64,000 nucleotides of DNA. Source: Chiloscyllium plagiosum. Taxonomy: Eukaryota. This document shows positions 13,432 to 25,400 of this stretch, piece by piece. The stretch spans positions 42,993,040 through 43,057,039 of the forward strand of contig NC_057728.1 of assembly GCF_004010195.1 (NCBI RefSeq), in the 5' to 3' direction. The first letter of the stretch is position 1; each line of letters opens with the position of its first letter. The notes beneath the pieces are model-generated. The model saw nothing but the letters and a program-made list of their open reading frames with translations, ran no database searches and was not told where the DNA came from. The translations under genes and the position numbers were made by a program.

Positions 13432-13466
13432 CACCTGATGAAGGAGCAGCGCTCCGAAAGCTAGTG
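13432..13466 (+). ncRNA. Minimal type I hammerhead ribozyme motif in the Penelope terminal repeat
   Basis: CAC-CUGAUGA-A-GGAGC-AGC-GCUCC-GAA-AGCU-A/GUG: intact core, 5-bp stem II, palindromic AGCU in place of helix III, and CAC/GUG stem I. Confidence 0.8.
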
Positions 13467-14434
13467 CTTCCAATTAAACCTGTTGGACTATAACCTGGTG
13501 TCGTGTGATTTTTAACTTTGTACGACCACAGTTGTTTGTGATATACATAAATGATCTGGAGGAAGGTATAGGTGGTCTGATTAGCAAGTTTGTAGATGAC
13601 AATAAGATTGGTGGAGTAGTAGATCATGAGGGGGACTGTCAAAGGATACAGCAGAATATAGATTGATTTGAGAGTTGGGTGGAGAAATGGTAGTTGGAGC
13701 TCAGTCTGAGCAAACGCGAAGTGATGCATTTCGGAAGATCCAATTGAAAGATTGAGGTGTTCAGGTCTATTGTACCCTGAAGGTGGCAACACAGGTTGAC
13801 AGAGTGGTCAAGAAGGCATACAGCATGCTTTACTTCATCGGAGGTGGTATTGAGTGTAAGAGTTGGCAGGTCATTTTAGTTGTATAAGACTTTGGTTCGG
13901 CCACATTTGGAATGCTGCGTACAGTTACCAAAAGGATGTGGATGCTTTGGTGAGGGAGCAGAGCAGGTTCACAGGATATCGTCTGGTATGGAGGGCACTA
14001 GCTATGAAGAGAGGTTATGTAGATTAGGATTATTTTCATTCGAAAGAAGGAGATTGAGGGTGGATCTGATTGCAGTCTACAAAATCATGAGAGGCATAGA
14101 CAAGGTGGATAGTAAGAAGCTTTTTCCCAGATTGGGGGCCTCAATTATTTGGGGTGACAAGTTCAAGATGAGAGGGGAAAAGTTCAATGTGTGTGGAAAA
14201 GTTCTTTACACAGAGGGTAGTGGGACCTGGAACACGTTGTCAGTGGAGGTGGTAGAGGCAGGCACGACAGCGTCATTTCAGATTTATCTAGACAGATACA
14301 TGAATGGGCAGGGAGCAGAGGGATACAGATCCTTAGAAAATAGGTACCAGGATTAGATAGAAGAGCTGGATCGGCACAGGCTTGGGGGGGCCAAAGGGCC
14401 TGTTCCTGTGCAGTAACTTTCTTTGTTCTTTCTT

Positions 14435-17400
14435 CAAATCACAGAGAGGTCTGAGAGGAACAGGTTTATATTGCGGGATACTTCAACTTTGCTAAGGTTA
14501 ACTGGGATTGCCTGAATGTGAAAGGATTAGAAGGGGTGTAATTTTTACAGTGAATCTAAGGGAGCCTTTTGCGCCAGTATGTAAATAGTCCTACTGTAGA
14601 TGGGGCACTGCGAGATCTAATTCTAAGAAATGAAGCCGGTCGAGTGGTTGAGGTTTCAGTGGGCGTGCACTTTAGGGCTAGTGATCATAAGTTTCAAAAT
14701 CATTGTGGAATTGGTTAAGAATAGTGCAGAAGTCCTGTCTAAATTGAAGGCTGATTTCAATATCATTTAACAGGATCTGACAAACACAGACCAAGAGCGG
14801 CTATTTACAGGTAAGTCTGCATTTGGAAAATGGGAGTATTTTAAAAATAGTATAGTGAGAATTCAGGGCCAGCATGTTCCTCTAACAGTGAAGGATAAGG
14901 GCAACAAGTCCAGGGAATCCTGAACATCAAGGGATATCAAGAATTTGATAAAGATAAAGGAGGAAAAGCGTATGTCAGGTATAATGCATTAACTGCAAGG
15001 GAGGCCCTTCAAAAGTCTAGAAAATGTAGGTTACATAAAAAGGAAATTAGGAAGGCAAAGGGGGGTCATGAAATATCTTTGGTAAATGGATCAAGGAAAA
15101 CCCCAAGACTTTTTATAAGTATATTAAGAGTAAGAGGATTACCAATGTAAGTGCAGGATCTATTAGGCGACCAAAGGGGAAACCTACGCATGGAGGCAAA
15201 GGGGGGTCATGAAATATCTTTGGTAAATGGATCAAGGAAAACCCCAAGACTTTTTATAAGTATATTAAGAGTAAGTGTAAGTGCAGGATCTATTAGGCGA
15301 CCAAAGGGGAAACCTACGCATGGAGCCAGTGCATGTGCTTGAGGTCTTAAATGAATGCTTCACATTTGTATTCACAGAGGAGACAGACATTGTAGCCAGC
15401 AACTTCAGTTGGGATGGTGAGGTTCTACAACACATTGAGGTCAAAAAACTGTAGATTTATATTCATTCAAATTGAGATATATTTAATATTGTCACTTATG
15501 CCTAGGTACAGTGAAATGTGTATAATATTGTCACTTTTTGGTGCCATCTTGGATTACAGAATAAATTACTGAATAAATTGTACAATTGGTAAACTTCTGA
15601 ATAAATTATTATTAATTGATGTTACTGAGGATGAAACAGTTTCATCCTTTCCATAGATTTCACCCTCTCTGCTCCTCAACGTTTGACATCATCCCCAGGG
15701 TCCTGACAATGTGATCCTTTCCTGCCACCACTGGCGCCACCACTTCCATTGTCTGCCACATCTGAGCTGGAGACGGTCATGCTGCACGCGTCCTGCACTG
15801 CCTCCACCATCTGAGATGGAGACACACAGTGCCCCAGCCTCCCGCCAAAGGACATCAGGAGGATTACTCAGGGTAATCAAAACCAAAACAAAAACAAAAA
15901 CTTTATTGAGCTGGAAAGACAATGTGGAAGCTGTGTGTTAGATGTATCAGCAGACATACAAGTGCATAAATCCCCAGGATCTGATTGCCAGGCTGCTTTG
16001 GAAGGCAAGGGAGGAGATTGCTGGGGCCCTGGCCCCAGATACTCCATTGGCCACAGGTGAAATTCCAGATTTTTTGGAGGATACCTAATGTGGTATCTTT
16101 GTTCAAGAAGGGCAGTAGGGGTAGGCCAGGTAATTACATACTATTTAGTCTGACATTAATTTTTGGGAAATAATTGGAAATAAATCTGATGGGCAGGATT
16201 CATCGATACAGTCAGTTCTGCTATAATGCATGTTTCTTCAATGCGAATTGGCTTTAACGCGATTGAAGATTTTTAGACTGTTATTTGTGGAATGCAAACC
16301 TTCCTTACCTGTATTGGCTATAATATGATTCTGGCCCCAGTATTTTAAATGGTGTGGCTATAGTGCGATTTTCATATAATACGAGATCGCACAGAACTAT
16401 CGCATTATATCAGAACCAACTGTACTCGGAAAGGTGATGATTGATCTGAGATATTCAGCATGGATTTGTGAGAGGGAGATCCTGTCTTACTTATTTGAGC
16501 TTTTTGAAAAGGTGAATCGATATATTGATGAGGGTATGCAGTTGATGTGGTTTTCATGGACTTCAGTAAGGCTTTTGACAAGGTCTCATATGGAAGGCTG
16601 GCCCAAAAGGTAAGAGTCTATGGGATTCAAAGCAAATTGGCAAACTGGATCTAAAATTGGCTTAAAAATAGGAAGTAAAGGGTGATGTTGGAGGGTTTTT
16701 TTGTAATTAGAAGCCTGTGACCAGCAACTTACCATAGGGTTCAGTGCGGGTCCCTTGCTGTTTGTTAGATACATTAACAACTTGGATGTGAATGTAGAAA
16801 ATGTAACTGGTACATTTGCAGATGACACAAAAATTGATGGTGTTGATAATGAAGAGAATGGTCTCAGGCTGCAGTCAACTGGTAAATTGGGCAGGGCAAT
16901 GGCAGACTTTAATCCCAATAAATGTGAGGTGATGCATTTTAGGAAGTCTAATATGGGAAGGACATACCCAGTGAAGGGTAGGTCTCTAGGGATTGTTGAG
17001 GAACAAAACGACCTTGGTGTACAAGTCTGTGGGCTTCTGAAGATGTTAGCACAGGCCGACAGGGTAGTGAAGGTGGCATACGGAATGCTTGCCTTCATTA
17101 GCCGGAGTGTAGAGTGTAGGAGAAACAAAGTCTTGTAACTACTCTATAAAATTGGTTAGGCCACAGGTGGAATATTGTGTGCAAATCTGGTTACCATAGT
17201 ATTGGAATGACATAATTACACTGGAGTCAGTGCAGAGGAGTTTCACCAGGATGTTGCCTGGGATGGAATGACTCAGTTGTGAGGAGAGACTCGATAGGCT
17301 AAATTCATTTCATTGGAGCACAGGAGGCTGAGGGGGAAATATAATTAAGGCATACAACATTATGAAGCATAGACAGAGTAGATAATGAGAATCTCTTCCC

Positions 17401-17680
17401 AATGACAGACATGCCTAAGACATGAGGGTGTAAGTTTAAGGTGAGGAGCAAGTGATTTAGAGGAGATATGAGGAAACCTTTCTCACCTAGAGGGTGGTAG
17501 AAATACTGAATGTGCTACCTGAGAGGATGGTGGAGGCAAGTATACTCACAACTTTTAAGTTACATCTAGATGAGTACTTAAAATAGCAGGGCATAGTAGG
17601 TTTAATGGGATTAATGTAGTTTGGCGCTTGCCAGTTGACATAGTTGCCAAAGGGCCTCTTTCTTTGCGGTATGACTCTCT
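14435..17680 (+). mobile_element. Old CR1 'A', 3' part (EN remainder, RT, tail) with internal insertions
   Basis: Resumes at QITERS..FNF; WRIPNVVSLFKKG, DFSKAFDKV and YINNL..FADDTK (ORF 16755-17138); tail near 17650-17680. Confidence 0.85.
16209..16422. mobile_element. MITE, Tc1/mariner (Tigger/pogo-like) type
   Basis: Imperfect 21-bp TIRs cagtcagttctgctataatgc / gcattatatcagaaccaactg, flanked by TA on both sides. Confidence 0.85.
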
Positions 17681-19089
17681 CTATTGCAGTGAAGTTTTAT
17701 AAGTATTCATATTTCTGAACTGACAGGTATAATTATGTTTTAATGGCACATAGCTCGATTTAGTGTTGAGCATGTTGCCTTTTAGATATAGCAAATGGCC
17801 AACACCAAGTACTTTAACAATGCACAATTTCTTCATGCTTCCTACTTTCTGCCCACACAATCACTGTAGGTGTCCATCAAAAAGTCAATATGTTTGCAGT
17901 GCCACAAGTGAAATATCACAGCTTTCACCAGACGGAGCAAGGTAAACTATGATTATCTATGCTTTCCACCAAGGCAAAAATCATTTTGTGCTGCTCTCTA
18001 CTCTTAATCCAAAAGTAATCCCATGGTTTATTTTCTCACCATTGCTCTAAAATCCATGGATTTGGGGAAAGTGATGGACACATAGCTGGAACATAACTCT
18101 ACCACCCTCCACTCTCCTCAGCAGTTTCTCACCTATTTTATTCAATGGAAGAAAATCTGACAGCCTGTATTTTTGTGTGAAGTCTTTCCCATCAAACCTT
18201 TGTGTTTGTTCTTTGCCAAGACCATGATTAACACCTAAACAGTAAAGACTGAAAATTTCCCCATTAAATTAAAAACACAGCCCTCACTGATTTTAGTAGT
18301 GGTTATTATACTGAGAAGTAACCAATATAAAAAATCTAATACACCTATTGAAAACAATAGACAGACTTTCGGACAAAAACAAACTCTTCATGTTCACACT
18401 GTTTACAGTGCCTCACAAATTTTACAGCTGTCCAGTGTAAGGGGTACTTTAACTCAGAAAATACTTTCAAAATCAGCAAGATTGCATGCTATATTAGTCA
18501 CACATTCTTGCATATTTATTATGCTTCAAGAGCAAAGCCATTCTGAAAGTGAGGCTACGAAACAAGATAGGCCTAACAGGTTTGAATAGTAACTAACTAG
18601 TAAATAGTGAAAGAACCTGTGAGAATGAAGATGCAAAATGCATATTTTATATCTTTCAGCAAGTATTTTGGTTGAATCATGATTGAAGTTGTGCCAATAT
18701 TTGTTGAAGCTGAGTATTCTGACTGGATTTGTCACAGATTCTTGAAAATGCATGTTCATAAAGAAGATACAATGTTCAGAAAGGAATTTAATTCTCCAGC
18801 TTGTGTTATTAATGGCAGCCTGAGGCATTTGTGGTCATATTTTCCACTCCATGGTTATAAAAAAAAAGAGAAGTTTCCTAAGGTTTGTAAGAATAGAATT
18901 GTTAACATCACCTAAAAATAGCTTCAGGATTGTTGACTTAATTAAGTTAAATTTGTTTTGGCTTTCTTTGTTTTCTTTTCTGGTCAAGTTTTCTGCTTAG
19001 TACAGGCGAGAATGTCAGTTCTGTGAACAGGAAATCAAAACATTATTTCATTGTGGGTATTATCATGGCAGAGGCAAATAGAGTTGAAG

Positions 19090-19276
19090 TGAGTCGTGCG
19101 TTCGTGGAATGCCCTGCCAGTAGCAGTGGTGGACTCTCCCTCTTTATGGGCATTTAAACGGGCATTGGATAGGCATATGGAGGATAGTGGGCTAGTGTAG
19201 GTTAGGTGGGCTTGGATCGGCGCAACATCGAGGGCCAAAGGGCCTGTACTGCGCTGTATTTTTCTTTGTTTCTATG
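19090..19276 (+). mobile_element. Short CR1 3' end from a young, CpG-retaining family
   Basis: Nearly identical to 22716-22865; CR1 3' tail. Confidence 0.85.
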
Positions 19277-19479
19277 AATGTAAAACAATACCATCATAAT
19301 CATGAACTTCACAGTAATTTTCCTTATTGCAACTCAAGAATACAACAAGATGCTGCCAATGTGAGTTCAGTGATGGCATTGAGACAACCTTTCTAGGAAC
19401 AGAGTAAGCCATTCAGCCACTTAACCAAGTTCAATTTCATTAGGTCATGCATGATCTGGACTTCAATATTGCAGCAAGG

Positions 19480-19950
19480 AGTTGTACAAAAGGAGAAAAA
19501 TTTGAATAAACTTAAAGTTTGTAACTGAATGTGTGAAGCATTTGGAATAAAATTAATGAATTAACAGTGCAAATAGAGATAAATGGGTATTATTAAGACA
19601 TTGTTACAGGAAACCAGGTTTTGAAATTGAATATTGAAAGGTACTCCGTGTTTTGGAAGGATAGACAGCAAGGAAAACAAGGCGGTGTAGCTTTGTTTGT
19701 AAAGGATGAGATCAGTGCTGTAGTGAGAAATTATATAGGCTCTGGAGATCAAGGCATAGAATCAGTCTGGGTAGAAGTAAGAAATAGCAAAGAAAGTAAT
19801 CTCTGGTGGGAGTAATTTATAAGTTCCCAAACAGTAGCTCTGCAGTGGGGCTCAGTATAAACCAGGAAATACTTGGGGCTTGTAAGAAAAATATGAAAAC
19901 AATCATGGGTGATTTTAAAATTTACATAGACTGCATTAATCAAATTAACA
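19480..19950 (+). mobile_element. CR1 endonuclease fragment
   Basis: DRQQGKQGGVALFVK...ESVWVEVRN and IMGDF motifs. Confidence 0.8.
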
Positions 19951-21049
19951 AGCATAGCCTCTTGTTCACAGCTCCAAGTGTTCAGTTACCTGAGAACTAA
20001 TCACATGAATGCTGGTAGGCTGGAGGCCTTTGTCATCAATAACTGGTCACTAGTCCATAAACCAATCAGCTTCTTGTTAACAACCAAACCTCTATTCCTT
20101 CACAACCCCCTGACACTAGCTTGTCTATAAACTGCTCTCAATTACTAGTTCACAAGCAACTGTATAAATGATGCTTGCAATGAGTGTCAGTCAGATTACT
20201 TGCTTGCAAAAATGCAAGAATCCTCCAGCCATCCTTGTTTTTAAAAGTGATTTTCTCGTTTTAGTCTACAATTAAAAAAAAGTTAAAGAAGAAGTCTTTA
20301 TAACACACTGAGTATTAGTAAAAGGAGTTGTACAGTGATAAAGATAGAAAAATGAAGTGATTAGAAGTTTAAGAGTTCATCTATCATTTTGGTGGTATGA
20401 CAACTTTTTCTGATCTTGTTTTAATATAACTTTCTGGAGTTGTGGTTACTGTCCTTGGCTATTCATTGTTTGCAGACATGTTGTCAATGTGCTGGTTATT
20501 GTCTTGGTGTTTTGTCACACCATCATCATTTGCTGGTGTTCTTTCATGTCTACCTTGTGCAGCTGGCACTTTGTACATTTCCCTTAACTGACTTCTCTTT
20601 CTCCTTGGCGGTGTTTCATTAGGCATCAAGATCTAGGCTCACTGCATTCTTTGAATACCTATGTAGGCAACTAAGTTCCCATTGTGGGGTGTCACAGAAA
20701 TGTTACATAAAATGCCAGATATCAGAAAAGGTTGTGACAACTTATCAAGTAATCATAGATAACAGAAAAAAAGTCATCACAAGATACCCGTCTGTGCTAC
20801 CAGATTAGGGTTAATGTACTGTTCATTGTTAAGCAGTTTACTTTGTTATTATTATATTTAATTAATTCAATAAATTGGAAAAATGTGATAGATCAAGTAA
20901 TTGTCAGTATATTAAAAAGATAAATACTGTACTGGTGGTAAGGAAAAGTTGTTGTAAAATGATAATGAACTTAAGCAATCATTGTCTCTAATTTTTGTCT
21001 CCTCCCAAGGCTCTATATTCAGGTAATGACAATTGATAACAAGAAAGCA

Positions 21050-21840
21050 TCTAACATTGCTCCTTGGTGTTCAATGGCAATACTGATTCTTGCACTACCA
21101 ACAACTTGGGAGTTACCATTGGCCAGAAATTAAACTCTACCACCAAATTAATTCTGTGACTACAAGAAAAGATCAAAAGAAAAGTGAGTAACTCACTTCC
21201 AATCTCCCCTATGTCTTTCTACTATCCTCAAGGCACAAGTCAGGGGTATGGTGGAATATTCTCCACTTGCCAGGATGGCTGAAGCTCCAGCAATATTCAA
21301 GATGCTTGACACCATCCAGGACAAAGCAACCCACTTGACGGACACTCCATTCACCAAATTCAACATTCACTCCTTCTGCAACTGATTAACAGTGACAGCA
21401 ATGCATACCATCTATAAAACACACTGTGGTAACTCCTTAAGTTTCCCTCAGTGGCACTTTCTAAACTTCTGACCTTTACCACCGAGACAGAGAAGGTAGC
21501 AAATGCATGAGAACACTACCCAATGCAAGTTCCCATCAAGTCACACCCATCCTGACTTGGAAGTATAGAATCATTCCTTCACTGTCACTGGGTCAAATCC
21601 CGGAACTTGCTTCTTAACAGCACTGTGGGCATTCCCTGTGCATTGCTCACAACAAGATTTCTAGACTCTGATCTTTTTTTGTAGTCACAAACTTAATTTG
21701 GCTGGTAGAGTTCAATAGGATTCCTTTACCCTAAATACTGCAGCAGTTCAAGAAAGCAGCTCACCATCATCTTCTCCAGGGATGTGCAATAAATGCTTGC
21801 CTAGCCAGTGATGTCCATATCTCATGAGTGATTTTAAAAA
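21050..21840 (+). mobile_element. L2/CR1-group LINE 3' fragment
   Basis: KAQVRGMVEYSPLA and LDTIQDKA motifs; tail caataaatgcttgcctagccagtgatgtccatatc shared with about 51510-51560 and the SINE at 49193. Confidence 0.75.
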
Positions 21841-22147
21841 AAAGACAGAAAAAAGTCTTCCAGAAACTGATCCAAATCCACACACAGTTTTTGCATTCTG
21901 GGTGTTATCTTAAGCTGAGTAGTGCCTTGGTACAGGCCCATCAGAAAAGTAAAACGTCTAACAGTGGCTCACAGGAATATTATCTGACAAAATATGATGG
22001 CAAGCTACATGAAGAAGTATTGGGAGAGGAGGCCAAAATCTTGATTAAATGCGATAGGTTTTATCTTAAGCTGAGTAGTGCCTTGGTACAGGCCCATCAG
22101 AAAAGTAAAACGTCTAACAGTGGCTCACAGGAATATTATCTGACAAA

Positions 22148-22879
22148 CTCTCTCTTCACAGAAAGAGCGGGAGCACCAGGGGGAAGTGACGACGACCAGA
22201 GGGGGAGCCGAGACCCGGAAGCAGTTAGTGTAAGCTTACCTGGGTAGGTTTTTTCCCCCTTTAAAAGCGCGAAGGAGAGGAACCCGAGGCACTACACGGG
22301 TAGTGCCTCCCACCCGCCCTCCTCCTCTAACCTAATAATAACACCTGTTGTGGTAAGTAGGTAAGTGCTGAATTTTGCTTGTTGTATTCTTTAGACCCAG
22401 TTTTTTGAAAAGAAAAGTTAGCTTTAGAGGGATGGCAGTGAAGGCAGTGCAATGTTCCTCCTGCAACAGGTATGAGGTGAGGGATGCCATCGACGTCCCT
22501 GCCGATGACACTTGCAGGAAGTGCACCCATCTCCAGCTCCTCCAAGACCGTGTTAGGGAACTGGAGCTGGAGTTGGATGAACTTCGGACCATTCGGGAGG
22601 CAGAGGGGGTCATAGATCAGAGTTATAGCGAAGTAGTAACTCCAAAGATGGCAGATAGATGGGTGACAATGAGGGGGACTGGGAGGAAGCAGCCAGTGCA
22701 GGGACCCCCTGCGGAGCAGTGGTGGACTTTCCCTCTTTATGGGCATTTAAGCGGGCATTGGATAGGTATATGGAGTATAGTGGGCTAGTGCAGGTAAGGT
22801 GGGCTTGGATCGGCGCAACATCGAGGGCCAAAGGGCCTGTACTGCGCTGTATTCTTCTATGTTCTATGTTCTATGTTCT
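22148..22879 (+). mobile_element. Internally deleted CR1: 5' UTR and ORF1 N-terminus fused directly to the 3' end
   Basis: MAVKAVQCSSCNRYEVR...DDTCRKCTHLQLLQDRVRELELEL (CR1 ORF1 zinc finger and leucine zipper) joined at about 22714 to a 3' end terminating in (tctatgt)n. Confidence 0.9.
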
Positions 22880-23929
22880 AAAATATGATGGCAAGCTACA
22901 TGAAGACGTATTGGGAGAGGAGGCCAAAATCTTGATTAAATGCGATAGGTTTTAGGGAATGGCTTAAAGGAGAGAGTGATCTAGAGAAGCAGAGAATTTC
23001 AGAACATCAGCAGTTGAAGGCAAAGTTGCAAATGATGGAATGATGAAAACAAGACAGAATCAGAAGAGAGCAAGATCTCAGGCAACTAGAGGACTATCAT
23101 AGGTTACAGTGTTAGAGTGGAGTGAGTTCATCGAATGACATGATGCAAGTAATGGCATGGGCTGTAGAGTTTTGGATGAACTGAAGTTTAGTCTGGATTG
23201 CACAAGGTCTACTAGGATAGCATTTTGCTTATCAAGGCTGAACACAACAAAGACATAATTAAGGCTTTCAAGCTGTCATGAGTGGAGGTTGAAGCTGGAG
23301 GATGATACAAAGCTGAAAGTAAAAGGTCTTGGTAATGGAAAAGACATGGAGGATCTGTGTGGAGTCAAATGTGATGCCGAGTTTGAAAAAGTTCACAAAT
23401 AATGCATAATAAGTCCACCTGTGAAACAAAAGATTGAAACTAATCTGCATGGTAAAAACATTTAACCATCTATTTATTGACACAAATTCTTTTATGATTG
23501 TGGTTTGCTTTTTTTATGCCTTATCTTTGCATTTATTTACCTATCCATACTTTTGTGTGTATTACTAGTCTGTAAATCCTTCCTCAGCCAATCTGAAGGT
23601 CTTCCTCTTTGTCTGAAGTTCTCTCTCCTTCCTGTTTGAATTTCCTCATCACTGCTTGACTGGATTCCCTCCAATTTTCCACACCTATATCCTTCATGTG
23701 AAGAACCTGTGCAGGTGGGAGTTTCATCCTCCTTCTCCAACTTCCACTAATGACACCTGAAAGCCTTAACCATGTCTTTATTGTGTTCAGCCTTGATAAG
23801 CAAAATGCTATCCTAGTAGACCTTGTGCAATCCAGACTAAACTTGAACATGGTATTACAATTTAAAAAAAAAATCATTCCACAATAGAATATGCCCAATT
23901 CAAGTGAGCTGAGCAACAAAGAACAAACT

Positions 23930-24300
23930 TTGCACAACTTTTCATGCTTTCAAGATATGCCAAAGCATTTTACGGTACATTAGGTGGATTTATGGTGTAC
24001 TGAATACCCTAATATGAAGCATAGCAGCCAATTTCAACAGAGGAAGATTTCCCAAACAGCTATGAATATCTTAATCATCAGTTTCAGTGTTCCTGATTAA
24101 TTGTCAGACAGGGAATTGGATAAGATAAATAGTACCATGAAATTACTTATGTCACCGAAGGAGCAGATATTTGGGCCTCAAGTTTAATGTCTTGAAGTTA
24201 AAGGATGGAACTTTGTCCAAATTAGAAGACAGTATCTTCAACAAGAGAGTACATACTGAAGTTGTAGCCTAGATTAAATATTTAGGCTGTGGAGTGAGAC
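23930..24300 (-). mobile_element. Ancient Deu-domain SINE (SacSINE1/AmnSINE1-like), degenerate
   Basis: Blocks gcagccaattt..., gggcctcaagtttaatgtct and tactgaagttgtagcctagatt resemble the copy at 41880-42260. Confidence 0.55.
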
Positions 24301-24314
24301 TGAATCAGAAATGA

Positions 24315-24452
24315 ATTGGAGGTGCCAGTGTTGGACTGGGGTGTACAAAGGCTGGGATGGATAACCACCTGATGAAGGAGCAGCACTTCGAAAGCTCGTG
24401 CTTCCAAATGAACCTGTTGGACTATAACCTGGTGCTTTGCGATTTTTAACTT
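24315..24452 (+). mobile_element. 138-bp Penelope terminal-repeat insertion containing a hammerhead motif (24366-24400)
   Basis: 14-bp direct repeat tgaatcagaaatga at 24301-24314 and 24453-24466; the insert matches the ends of the element at 10910-13523. Confidence 0.85.
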
Positions 24453-25159
24453 TGAATCAGAAATGAGTGCTATTCAAAACAATGTAACCTTTTCACCTGC
24501 AGGTGGCACTAGATTCTCTTCATATTCAGCCTGAACTATTGGAAGATACTGTATTATTTATTTTTCAACCCGGTCAGTAAACAAGTGAAGCAAAAACTTT
24601 CTAAGTTGCATATAACTGAACATGTAGCTGTACAGTGTCTGTGTGACCCACCCTGACAAAAAACTTAAACTTTATCATACAGCAATTATTAAACTTTAAA
24701 AATATTTTTCAAAATTATTGATTTCTGCTGTTAATCACAACTTCATAAGTAAATTGGATCTCAGAGATTATGACTTTTTTTTAAAAAGGTAGGACATCAT
24801 AGGATCTTAAAGTATTTCTTTAACAATTACACTTGAAAAACCTTTCTTAGTAAAACAATGGACTGAATCTTACAGTTTTTTTTAGCTAAGTCTGAGTTAG
24901 ATTGAGTTTTCTGGGACATTTCTGCCATGCGACCGAGCAAGTTTTCTTGCTGTATTATACCAAACTTACCTCATTAACTACACACCATACCTTTATGATG
25001 TTCCTCTTGTCTGACTGACTTCCCACTCTACCATGTATCATTTCAAATAGAGCTCACCACTCATTGAATATCCTGGAATTCACTGACATTTCTTGCGATT
25101 ATGCCATCCTTAAAAGCCTTTCCTGCAATTAGACAAGCACTATCAGTCCAGAGATGCCC

Positions 25160-25400
25160 TGGACATGATAGACGTGGGGAAATTGGGATCCTGCTTTGCA
25201 GACAGGGACCTGGAGGTGCTGCTTGCCAGGTGTTGAACCTGCAGAGTCAGGTCCTGTTCTTGCCCCAGGACCACCAGTGGAGGCCTGGACACCAGATCAT
25301 GCCAGCCTGGTCCAAGGCTGCCACTTTAATCTAAGCACTCTCAGCCATCTGCAGGAATACATAGTAATGCAGAAAAAGACCTTCTCCAGTTCGCCAGCAA
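25160..25400 (+). mobile_element. Decayed Myb/SANT-like (trihelix) ORF, probably from a PIF/Harbinger transposon remnant spanning roughly 24860-26420
   Basis: Frameshifted translation F.DRDLEVLL...VLFLPQDHQWRPGHQIMPAWSKAATLI*ALSAICRNT**CRK follows the MSANTD/NAIF1-like pattern F...L..L...W..(V)A...R...CRK. Confidence 0.55.

Larger units (their letters stand above)
10910..13523 (+). mobile_element. Penelope-like element (5'-truncated RT and GIY-YIG endonuclease) flanked by about 460-bp inverted terminal repeats
   Basis: RT motifs (APQYANIFM, RYIEDIF, FLD, LYRKPTD) and GIY-YIG (NVVYLIRC...WYIGET..RL..RMNGHR). 10943-11393 is the reverse complement of 13060-13510, and a CA-rich tract follows the ORF. 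Confidence 0.95.
9172..14434 (+). mobile_element. CR1 'B' (ORF2 EN-RT and 3' tail) nested in CR1 'A'
   Basis: PTREGAILDLVLGN, WRIANV..FKKG, DFSKVFDKVPH, YINDL..KFVDD and YKTLVRPHLE motifs; tail ctttctttgttctttctt. The host CR1 resumes at 14435. Confidence 0.9.

Noticed and set aside
21828..22247. 139-aa ORF with an internal repeat
   Set aside because: A by-product of the tandem duplication running into the CR1 5' UTR.
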